A DNA stretch of 16,555 nucleotides from positions 1-16,555 of the forward strand of contig JACRKZ010000013.1 in the NCBI GenBank assembly GCA_016235455.1. Direction: 5' to 3'. The stretch is from Armatimonadota bacterium (GTDB taxonomy: Bacteria; Armatimonadota; UBA10988). The notes beneath the pieces are model-generated. The model made no database searches. It was not told the DNA's origin and saw only the letters and a list, made by a program, of their open reading frames with translations. Shown here piece after piece: positions 1 to 7,809 of the stretch (its first letter is position 1; each line of letters starts with the position of its first letter). The position numbers and the translations under genes were made by a program.

Positions 1-38
1 AGCACAAGCGCCGACGACATAGCCAAAGCGATCCTCAT
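1..38 (-). CDS. 5' end of a probable exported protein (runs off the left edge)
   Basis: ATG at 38-36 with AGGAG (50-46) 7 nt upstream. Reads MRIALAMSSALV.., a basic residue then a hydrophobic stretch, like a signal peptide. Not in the ORF track. Confidence 0.55.
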   Translation of the reverse strand, partial: MRIALAMSSALV

Positions 39-197
39 GGGACGACTCCTCTCGCTTCATCAGCCAGTGTGCTCGTCCGACCGCCTGAGGGTCAAGCGAG
101 GCACAGGGAATCGATACCATATGTCGTCTGGACGATTGTTGAGCGCAAGTTGGGCCCGGTGGCGGAACGTGGGGTCGCAACCCGTCCGGGCTCGCGA

Positions 198-338
198 TCA
201 CAGGTCGTCCTCGCTCCATCCCGTGCCGTCATGGAGCGCATCGCCGGCAAAGCGCTGGAAGGTCATGAAGCCTATACCGCGGTTGGTCAGCACGTCGGCG
301 GTCGGCGCGGGGCGGACGACGGCGGGTTCGGCGGGCAT
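198..338 (-). pseudogene. 46-aa ORF, probably a truncated N-terminal fragment of a DUF4832-type/glycoside-hydrolase-like protein
   Basis: GGAG (349-346) then ATG 338. Reads MPAEPAVVRPAPTADVLTNRGIGFMTFQRFAGDALHDGTGWSEDDL*. From memory this resembles the N-terminal 'NPGIGFxTFQRFxGD...W' segment of much longer DUF4832-type proteins. Confidence 0.5.
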
Positions 339-521
339 GGCGGGGCTCCGTGCCGGCGGCTACGGCCTGCGCGGCGGGAGTCCTTCGTGGTGGGCGGTAC
401 GATGGCGGTGCGGCGCAGTCTGGTGTCAGTAGAGGGGCGCGTCGCCTGCGACCCCTTCGACCCGAGTCAGGCGCTCTGCCTGGCCGTTCCACCCTGAGTC
501 CGCTCTTTGCCGAACGGCGCA

Positions 522-1178
522 CTAGCCGGTGCAGTCGAGCATGAGGTGCGTCAGCGTGATGGCACCAAGCCCTCCCTGCCGCTCGTGGGTCGAGGTGTAG
601 AGGTCGCCTCTGCCGCCGCCCACGTCAACGAGCCGGTCGGCAGCGCCCAGGACCGAGCTGTTGCCCTGGATGGCAGCGTTGATGGCGCCCGCCTGCTGAT
701 CGATAGGCCCATCCTGCACATAGCCGAGCATGCCGGCGCGGTCCACGTTCTGGCTGTAGCCGCCGGTGACGAATCGCATCATGCCCTCGGCCATGTACTT
801 CTGCGGCGAACCGAGTCGCTTCGCCTCCCATGCCAGGTACAGCCCCCCAATCCGGCGAGTCTGCGGGACTGTGAACACCAAGTCTTTGCGCCTCGACGCC
901 GCTGCGCCTCTGAGCGTCTGCGCGGTGACCTCGGGCACCTCCAGATCGACCTGCACCCCATTCTCGGAGTGGACGCAGATGTCCTCGGCCCGCACTGCGA
1001 TGTTCTGGGTGAGGCTCTCCTCAACAAGCGCCTGCAGAGCTGCTGGCGGATTGGCTCTCAGGCGGAGGTGAGCTTGCCGGATGACGTCAACGCAGAGCTC
1101 GACGAACGCAATCGAGAGCGACCATGGAGGCCCAGCTTCGTGTTCTGCCGCGATCGCCATCGGCCCCACCACCGTCAC
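522..1178 (-). CDS. Putative PD-(D/E)xK-fold nuclease (218 aa), partner of the methyltransferase
   Basis: GTG at 1178 overlaps the upstream TGA (GTGA overlap) and is in frame with ORF 522..1193. Motifs: helix EESLT, RKDLVF (D at 882-884), 18 aa, WEAKRL (EAK at 819-827), then YMAEGMMRFVTGGYS and AGMLGYV. Confidence 0.7.
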   Translation of the reverse strand: MTVVGPMAIAAEHEAGPPWSLSIAFVELCVDVIRQAHLRLRANPPAALQALVEESLTQNIAVRAEDICVHSENGVQVDLEVPEVTAQTLRGAAASRRKDLVFTVPQTRRIGGLYLAWEAKRLGSPQKYMAEGMMRFVTGGYSQNVDRAGMLGYVQDGPIDQQAGAINAAIQGNSSVLGAADRLVDVGGGRGDLYTSTHERQGGLGAITLTHLMLDCTG

Positions 1179-4100
1179 CCCTGACTGACCCACGAGGCCA
1201 TCGCCTCGGTCGCATCGCTGATCGCCGACCCGACGGTCCAGTAACGGGACCTAGAGGGGCGGATCACGTACAACACCTCGCCCGCATACAGGTCTACGTG
1301 GCGACGGTAGTAGACGCTCGGGTCCGAACGAGCCACGACGAGGTCGTCTAGCTGATTCAGCAGCTGCGCCGTCTCAGCATCGTGCTCGGAGACCCGAATG
1401 CGTCCCTCTGTTGAGCGGACCCGGTGGAAGGCTACGACGCTCAGCGCGGCACTGCCACTGAGGTGGACGGTGGCATCGAGGGCCATCCCAGCGTGCTTCA
1501 GCAAGGGCTGGGTGGCGGCTACGAACTGCTTGGCGTACCTCTCCATCAGTTCGCGCGACGGCGGCTCGATGGCCGGCGTCCGCCAGCGGCTCCGCCTCTC
1601 GCTGTCGCCCCAGTGGAACAGCGGGATGACGTACTCCTCTGTCTCCCTGACCAGCGCCTGCTCCCGCTCGGTCAACTTGTACGCCTGCATTACCATCGCG
1701 TCGATCTGCTCATGCCTGCTGCTCATTTGCCCATGGAGCGAGGTCAGATCAGCATTGCCGGCCGCCACGGCCTGTTCGCGCGCAGCAAGTAGTTCCAGTT
1801 CCTGGACCCAGCCCACAACTGCCCTGTGGTCGGCCGAGTTGGCATCGAACGGCGCAATGGGCATGGCAAGCAGGTCGCGACTCTTCAACGCAGCAAAGCT
1901 CGTCGACCGCGGACAGCGATGGAACAGCCAGTACGCCGCCACAGGCGAACTGTAAATCGCCGCAATCCAGCGCATTAGCTCCACGTCGATCTCCACACCG
2001 GGAATCCCTGTGAAGCTGTCGCGATATACCAGGCCCCGGCCGAAGAGGGCCGCTCGGTGCCGCCACGGGCTCCCAGGCAAGTACGCGATGGGTCTGGGGC
2101 TGTGACTCAGCAGCACCACTGGGCCCCCATGGGACACCCGCTTGTTGCTGCGCTCGTTCCAAGTGCTCGGTTCCAGCCGCTCGCCGTCAACACATTCGGT
2201 GTGCCAGGCCCGGAAATCGGTCGATCTCATGCCGCACGGGGATGGCGGCGGGACCTTGCGTGCGTCAGGCGCGTCCTGCCTCTGGCTGGTCTTGGCGCCT
2301 TCGCCCACATCCCAGGCCTGCGGATGGCGGGCGCACTGCGTGCCGTCTTGGAGCACCTCGCCGCGCCGCCTCTCCGCCACCTGCTTGAGGCTGCGCAGAT
2401 CGGGTCGGCGCAGAATGCGCCGCATCAGCTGCATATCAGCGCCAGTGCCCCAACGGGCCATCGACCATATACCAGGGTCCTCGGCGTACCGCTTCGGCTG
2501 GATCCAGCAGACATCGCTGGGTGAGATGACCGGGACCGCCTGATGTCGGAACTCCAAGTCCACTTTCGGCGCGGCGTGGAGCACCGGAGTGCGCCCATCG
2601 GGCTGCCCAGGCCGCACGAAGAACGCCGCGATGGGGCTCGCTACGCCCGGGTTCAGCGTCCGACGGAGGCTCGTGAGATTGGCTACCGCACGCAACCTGT
2701 GACGATCGAGCAGTTGCTCCCTGAACTCGCTGTCGTGAGCCAGGAGGCAGGGCTCTGCCGGTTGGAGCATGGCCACTTCGCCATCCGCAGGCTGGCACAG
2801 CTCCAGCGCGCGGGCCATGAAGAACGGCGCCGCCTGCTTCTGCGGCAGGTCCCATCCACGACTGGTCGCCCAGCGTGTCATCTCCTTTGACGCCGTGCTC
2901 TCGCCCCACGGTGGATTGCCGATGACACGGTCAAACACCTGGCCATTGAGCAGGCGCGCCACCTCCTCACTCTCGAAACGCCCCTCATAGAGGACCGTCG
3001 GGTCAGGCCCCTCCCCGAGCAGCGACGGGAACCTAAAGCGCGGGTCAGCAAGCACCTCGTCGTCAAGGTACTCCAGCATGGTCACATACACACTGAACGC
3101 GGTGATGTGAAGCGCGGATCGGTCCTTGTCCACGCCGCGCAGCGAGCCATACAGGATGGACCGCATTGCCTCGTCAGTCGGCTGCCGCTGGTGCTCATCG
3201 CACCATGCCGCCAGAAGCCGGCCGAGCGCTCTCACCACGAACGCTCCCGACCCACATGCTGGGTCCAGAACACGCCAATCCGACCTGCACTCACCCCGCG
3301 GCATGGTCTCGCGCAGCACGAAGTCAACAAGGGGAAGCGTCGTGTAGTACGAGCCGCTGTCCTTCTTTGCCTTCTTGTCCAAGAACGTGTCGTACAGACC
3401 GCTCATGAACCCGATGGGTAGGTACGAGAAGTCGAGCGGCCAGAGCAGGTATTGCTCGTAATCCCGGTCGACCAACTGCCGAAGCGCCGCAAGATGCAGC
3501 GGCGCAACCGCCGCCGCCTCATCGTCCTCGACCGGGAACATGCTGCCGTTGAACCGCTCGGCCAAGGCGTCGAAGAACGTGTAGACCTGGGAGACGGTCA
3601 GCCGCCCGGCTTCGACCTGCTCGATGGCTTCCTCGAATCGCTCGAAGCGGCCACCGCTCAGCGCCGCGACGAACCGTGGCGCTAGGCTGCCCCGGTCGCT
3701 CAGGTACCGAATGAACAGAGCTCGCGAGAGCAGGCGGAAGGCTAGGGCAAGGGTCAGGCCATGGCCCAGCAAAGCGTCACGACAGCTTCGGACGGCCCGC
3801 AGCAGTGTACTCGTAGCACGATTGTCCGCCCTGTAGTCCGCTTGTTCCCACAGACGGCCAGCGTCCACCGCCCTGCGGGCATACGGCTGCAACGCCCTCG
3901 GTGGTCCGCCCCTAGCCGTGAGCTCCGCTGCGACCAGTTCAGCTAGCGCCGCCCGAAAATGGCCAGGAGAGTCGTAGGGCGACTCGACTGCGTTGTAGAC
4001 CCTCACAATGTCTGGTCGCGCCACCACCAGCAACCGTGCTTGGCTCTGGCTGTACACGGCCCGGCGCAGCTGTGCCTCCTGGCCGTCGTCCTCGGCGGCG

Positions 4101-4261
4101 CCGAAATAGACCGTAGGCACCTCGCCAGGGGCATGGATGTGTCTCAGGTTGGCTATCTCTCGGCCATCCCAGACTGATGGCTTGATCAGGCCCGTGGCAG
4201 GCGCGTACCCGAGCTGCTTGGCAGCCAGGTCGCAGATCTCGGTTGCACTGATTCGACCCAT
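1175..4261 (-). CDS. N-6 DNA methylase family (gamma-class amino-MTase), Type IIG/Eco57I-like architecture with TRD, 1028 aa
   Basis: Motif X SGSYYTT, motif I VLDPACGSGAF, GVDKD and motif IV VIGNPPW (2906-2917) in gamma order. TRD-like C-terminal part (IAAIYSSPVAAYWLF, LLAMPI, IDAMVMQAYKLTERE) followed by about 140 aa of extra C-terminal domain. Confidence 0.92.
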   Translation of the reverse strand: MGRISATEICDLAAKQLGYAPATGLIKPSVWDGREIANLRHIHAPGEVPTVYFGAAEDDGQEAQLRRAVYSQSQARLLVVARPDIVRVYNAVESPYDSPGHFRAALAELVAAELTARGGPPRALQPYARRAVDAGRLWEQADYRADNRATSTLLRAVRSCRDALLGHGLTLALAFRLLSRALFIRYLSDRGSLAPRFVAALSGGRFERFEEAIEQVEAGRLTVSQVYTFFDALAERFNGSMFPVEDDEAAAVAPLHLAALRQLVDRDYEQYLLWPLDFSYLPIGFMSGLYDTFLDKKAKKDSGSYYTTLPLVDFVLRETMPRGECRSDWRVLDPACGSGAFVVRALGRLLAAWCDEHQRQPTDEAMRSILYGSLRGVDKDRSALHITAFSVYVTMLEYLDDEVLADPRFRFPSLLGEGPDPTVLYEGRFESEEVARLLNGQVFDRVIGNPPWGESTASKEMTRWATSRGWDLPQKQAAPFFMARALELCQPADGEVAMLQPAEPCLLAHDSEFREQLLDRHRLRAVANLTSLRRTLNPGVASPIAAFFVRPGQPDGRTPVLHAAPKVDLEFRHQAVPVISPSDVCWIQPKRYAEDPGIWSMARWGTGADMQLMRRILRRPDLRSLKQVAERRRGEVLQDGTQCARHPQAWDVGEGAKTSQRQDAPDARKVPPPSPCGMRSTDFRAWHTECVDGERLEPSTWNERSNKRVSHGGPVVLLSHSPRPIAYLPGSPWRHRAALFGRGLVYRDSFTGIPGVEIDVELMRWIAAIYSSPVAAYWLFHRCPRSTSFAALKSRDLLAMPIAPFDANSADHRAVVGWVQELELLAAREQAVAAGNADLTSLHGQMSSRHEQIDAMVMQAYKLTEREQALVRETEEYVIPLFHWGDSERRSRWRTPAIEPPSRELMERYAKQFVAATQPLLKHAGMALDATVHLSGSAALSVVAFHRVRSTEGRIRVSEHDAETAQLLNQLDDLVVARSDPSVYYRRHVDLYAGEVLYVIRPSRSRYWTVGSAISDATEAMASWVSQG

Positions 4262-4270
4262 TGTACGCCC

Positions 4271-4279
4271 ATGCTAGCA
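4271..4279 (-). promoter_or_regulatory. Putative extended -10 promoter (TG-C-TAGCAT) of the methyltransferase
   Basis: Minus strand reads TGCTAGCAT, then 9 nt, then ATG. No Shine-Dalgarno, so a very short leader or leaderless transcript is plausible. Confidence 0.4.
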
Positions 4280-4368
4280 CAGCTAGCAGACCGTTCGCCA
4301 CCCCTCTTGACGCCACCTCCAGGCGCGAAGGTGAAACTCCTCTTCTCACACCTCGCCCCGCCACGCCA

Positions 4369-4532
4369 AGGCCGGCCCGGCTCACGCACCACCAGCTTGC
4401 GCCCGACCTGCGCCGACACCCGCGCCAGGAACCCCGCGTCACCGTGCGGCAGCCCGCCTTGAGTGCGAGCCCGCAGCGTCTTGGCCGCCCGTCGTCCAGC
4501 CACAGCGCCGACTGCTCGCGCCACGCCGCGGG
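4369..4532 (-). pseudogene. Probable C-terminal remnant of a REP-associated (IS200-like, HUH/Y1) tyrosine transposase
   Basis: Reads PAAWREQSALWLDD, frameshift, AAKTLRARTQGGLPHGDAGFLARVSAQVGRKLVVREPGRP. From memory this matches the typical RAYT tail 'LR..T..G.PLG...F...(L)GR......GRP'. No HUH catalytic part is visible. Confidence 0.45.
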
Positions 4533-4659
4533 TCAACAGTGACGCTCCCCGTTCGCTGGTCCCAGCTAACTCGAGCGGACGGGTCTCGTGCTACCCCAGC
4601 CCCGAATCTGCGCTCGCCGGCCGGCCGCCAAGCCACCCACGCCGCCCGACATCTCAAAC

Positions 4660-7600
4660 TCACCGCCGCGCCGCAAACCGATACCGCCCCGCCTCCACCG
4701 CCACCACCGCGACCCCCAGCCGCCGCTCGCCCTCGGTCACGCTGGCTGGGTCGCTGGTCGGCACGTAGACCGTCGCGCTCGTGCTCGGCGGGATGGTGAT
4801 GTCCATCGTCAGCCGGCCGGCGTCGAGGCGCCAGGCCGAGCGGATGCGGCCATACGGCGAGTCATACCAGGCGTCCACCCAGCGCATGTCGCCGGCCGGC
4901 TGGGGGCGGATGATGATGCGGCGGTAGCCGGGTCCGCTGGGGTCGGGTCGGATGCCGGCCAGGGCTTCGAACTGCCAGGCGGCCACGTTGCCGCCCAGCG
5001 ATGGCATCAGCGCCATGCCGCCGGCCCAGGTCTCCTTGAGCAGGTCGTTGCCGCTGCCGCGCGTCATCGACCACCACGAGGGGAAGTCGCGCGCCGAGGC
5101 CATGGCCCAGGCGGTCTCGGGCGACAGGTCACGCAGCACCGGCAGCAGGTACGGCCCGCTGACGAAGCCCGTGGACAGGTGCTGACGGTGCGCGGCGCAC
5201 TCGCGCAGCAGCGCCGCCTCGACCCGCGCGCGCTGCTCGGGCGGCACCATGCCCAGCGCCAGCGGCAGCACCTGCCCGGCCTGGGTGCACGGCCGGTCGC
5301 CGGTCCACCAGACCTCGTGGCTGGCCGATAGCGGCACCGGCGGCTGCCAGTTGCCCGAGCGCGGCTGCCAGCCCGGCTGACCGTAGATGCCCGTGGCCGG
5401 GTCGAGGTAGCGCGCGTTGAAGGCCGCGCGCACCTGCTCGGCCAGGTCGGTGTAGCGCCTGGCGTCGGCCGGCTTGCCCAGCATCTCGGCCGCCTGCGAC
5501 ACGATGCGAGCAAAGAGGTAGTGCGCGGGTGTGTTGATGATCGGCCGCGGCGTCTCCTCCACCGGCAACCAGTCGAGCAGGCCCCAGTCCTGTCCGGCGG
5601 GCGTGGCCACGCGGGTCAGGTAGTCGACATAGCGCGCCATGGCCGGGTAGCTGGTCTCCAGCAGCGAGCGGTCGCCGCGCAGCAGGTACCATTGCCAGGG
5701 CAGCCAGACCGCACACCCACCCCACCACGGGCTGTTGTAGTCGTCGAAGAACGGGCCGGGCGCGATGTTGGGGAAGTTGCCGTCGGCGGCCTGGCCGTCG
5801 AGCATGTCCTGCTGCCAGCGCTCATAGAGGCCGGGCGAATCGAACAGGTAGTGCGATGACCAGAACATGGTCTCGATGTCCTGCACCCAGCCCTTCCACT
5901 CGCGCACCGGGTCGGCGGGCAGCCAGGTGGTATACGCCACGGCCGTGCGGCGCACGCAGTCGTTGAGCCAGTTCTGCCATTCGTCCGAGCAGCGGAACGC
6001 GCCTGCCGGGCTGCCCAGCGAGCTGATCTGCTGGACGGTCAAGTCGCCTGGCTCCGGCGGCGCGAGCAGGCCGCTGACCTCCACGCGGCACATGCCCGCA
6101 TAGACGAAGCGCGGCTGGTAGGTCTCCTTGGAGCCGGTGCCGGCCAGGATGAAGCGGCTGGTGCGCGGGCGCGGCTCGGTGGGCAGCGTGGTGATGTGGA
6201 TCTCGGTGCCGGGCGGTCCGGCCGCGCGCAGGCGCACGAACCCGCTCACCTCGCGGCCCAGGTTCCAGGTGGCCGTGTGCCGCGCCGCGTCCCAGGTGGG
6301 TGCCGGCGGGGTGATGGTCTCGACGACGCGCGTGAATGGCTCGCGCTGCGCGGCCATCTGGCCGGTCGGTGGCGCGAGTTGGGCCACGGGCCGCCAGCGC
6401 CGCGCGGTGCGGCGCGCATCGACATCCTCCAGCGGGATCCAACTGCGCGTGATCTCGCCCTCGGACCACAGCCACGCGCCGTCGGAGCCGATCACCGTCT
6501 CCGTGCCGTCGGCATGACGCAGGTGCAAGTCCAGCCGCAGCTTGGGCTGGTCGATGTACGGCTTGTCTTCGAAATGGTGCACCCACGGGTCGCGTTCCAG
6601 GCCATACCAGCCGTCGACCAGCGTCACGTCCAGCGTCCTGGCGCCGGGCGCGACAAAGCGGTCGGTGACGTCGAAGGTCAGGTACGGCACGCGCTTGTTG
6701 TACGTGACGAAGCCCGGCCCGGTGAGGTAGTCGCCCACTCTCCGGCCGTCGATGGCCAGCTCGGAGTAGCCCAGACCGCTGAAGCAGACCACCGCCTGGG
6801 TCACCGGCTTGACCGGCTGGACCACGCGCCGCAGGTAGAGGGCGCCGTGCGGGTTGTCGAGCCTCTCGCGCTGTTCTCCGGCCGGCGCCAGAGCCTTGCC
6901 GTCCACCAGTTGCGCCTTGCCCCAGCCGTAGCCTTCGACGCTGCTGCTGGCCGTCACCGGCCGACCGAGGGCGATGTTGCGGCCGCCGGAGAAGACCTCC
7001 AGCTCGCCCAGCGTGTAGACGAACGGCAGGTCCGGCCCGCGCTTCCAGAGCCGCGTGACGGTCAGCTTCACGGTGCGCGCGCGCTGGCCCTTGGCGTCAA
7101 TGAGCACCGGCCGCCAGCCGGGGTTGGGCACGTCGGCGGCGGTCTGGTCGGCCAGGGTCACGCCATCGGCCTCGACGCGGAAGCGCAGCGGGAAGCCATA
7201 GCCGTCGGTCCAGCCGCCGGCCGCGGGGTCGTTGTGGCGCATGGGATGCAGCACCACGCGGTCCAGCGGCAGCACCTCGCCCAGGTCGATGCTGACCCAC
7301 TGCGCCTCGTCGGCGGCCTTGGCCTCGACAGCGATGCCCAGCGTCGGATCGACCGCCTGCCGCGCTACGCTCGCGCCGATCCACTCGCCGTGCCAGTCCT
7401 CGGGCCGCAGCTTGCCGGTGACGAACGTGGCCGGCTCGCTCCAGGCCGTGGCCTGGCCGGCCCGGTCCCAGAGGCGCACGCGCCAGGTGTAGCGGGTCAC
7501 CGAGGCCAGCGCCGGCCCGCCATAGGGCACGAATGGCGCGGGCTCGGCGGTCTGGCGGCCGCTGTCCCAGACCAGCTCGGCGCCGCGTTTGACCACCACC

Positions 7601-7767
7601 TGCCAGGCCGTCTGGCGCTCGCCGCGGGCCGCTGAGTTCATGCGCCAACTCAGCCTCGGCCGCGCGGCGTCGATGCCGGCGGGCGCGATGCGGCCCTCGC
7701 AGCGCAGACCGTCGACGCTCGCCGACGGGCCGGCCAGCAGCACGCAGGTCAGCCACAGCAGATGCAT
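4660..7767 (-). CDS. Secreted GH78 family (alpha-L-rhamnosidase-like) glycoside hydrolase with an inserted F5/8-type-C (discoidin) module
   Basis: Signal peptide. N-terminal PRLSW..QTAWQVVV..VWDSG..YTWRVRLWD and SGLGYSELAIDG. Barrel segment DPVREWKGWVQD. C-terminal LAGIRPDPSGPGYRRIIIRPQ..SPYGRIRSAW. GGAGG SD upstream. Confidence 0.9.
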   Translation of the reverse strand: MHLLWLTCVLLAGPSASVDGLRCEGRIAPAGIDAARPRLSWRMNSAARGERQTAWQVVVKRGAELVWDSGRQTAEPAPFVPYGGPALASVTRYTWRVRLWDRAGQATAWSEPATFVTGKLRPEDWHGEWIGASVARQAVDPTLGIAVEAKAADEAQWVSIDLGEVLPLDRVVLHPMRHNDPAAGGWTDGYGFPLRFRVEADGVTLADQTAADVPNPGWRPVLIDAKGQRARTVKLTVTRLWKRGPDLPFVYTLGELEVFSGGRNIALGRPVTASSSVEGYGWGKAQLVDGKALAPAGEQRERLDNPHGALYLRRVVQPVKPVTQAVVCFSGLGYSELAIDGRRVGDYLTGPGFVTYNKRVPYLTFDVTDRFVAPGARTLDVTLVDGWYGLERDPWVHHFEDKPYIDQPKLRLDLHLRHADGTETVIGSDGAWLWSEGEITRSWIPLEDVDARRTARRWRPVAQLAPPTGQMAAQREPFTRVVETITPPAPTWDAARHTATWNLGREVSGFVRLRAAGPPGTEIHITTLPTEPRPRTSRFILAGTGSKETYQPRFVYAGMCRVEVSGLLAPPEPGDLTVQQISSLGSPAGAFRCSDEWQNWLNDCVRRTAVAYTTWLPADPVREWKGWVQDIETMFWSSHYLFDSPGLYERWQQDMLDGQAADGNFPNIAPGPFFDDYNSPWWGGCAVWLPWQWYLLRGDRSLLETSYPAMARYVDYLTRVATPAGQDWGLLDWLPVEETPRPIINTPAHYLFARIVSQAAEMLGKPADARRYTDLAEQVRAAFNARYLDPATGIYGQPGWQPRSGNWQPPVPLSASHEVWWTGDRPCTQAGQVLPLALGMVPPEQRARVEAALLRECAAHRQHLSTGFVSGPYLLPVLRDLSPETAWAMASARDFPSWWSMTRGSGNDLLKETWAGGMALMPSLGGNVAAWQFEALAGIRPDPSGPGYRRIIIRPQPAGDMRWVDAWYDSPYGRIRSAWRLDAGRLTMDITIPPSTSATVYVPTSDPASVTEGERRLGVAVVAVEAGRYRFAARR

Positions 7768-7809
7768 GGTCCATGCCTCCCCGAACCGAGGGCCAAAGGC
7801 CCGGCGTTC

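Noticed and set aside
37-1184. Plus-strand ORFs 37..432, 69..497 and 507..1184
   Set aside because: No motifs. They lie antisense to better-supported minus-strand features.
430-1261. 10-bp direct repeat TAGAGGGGCG at 430-439 and 1252-1261
   Set aside because: The second copy is inside the MTase coding region and the pair does not bracket a sensible unit. Likely chance, not a target-site duplication.
522-4261. Assignment to BREX (PglX), DISARM, Type I or Type III R-M
   Set aside because: No ATPase, PglZ, helicase, HsdS/HsdR or Res gene nearby, and both flanks are visible in the window.
7790-7802. Small hairpin GGGCC-AAA-GGCCC between the TolB-like and GH78 genes
   Set aside because: Too short and no U-tract. 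Not supportable as a terminator.
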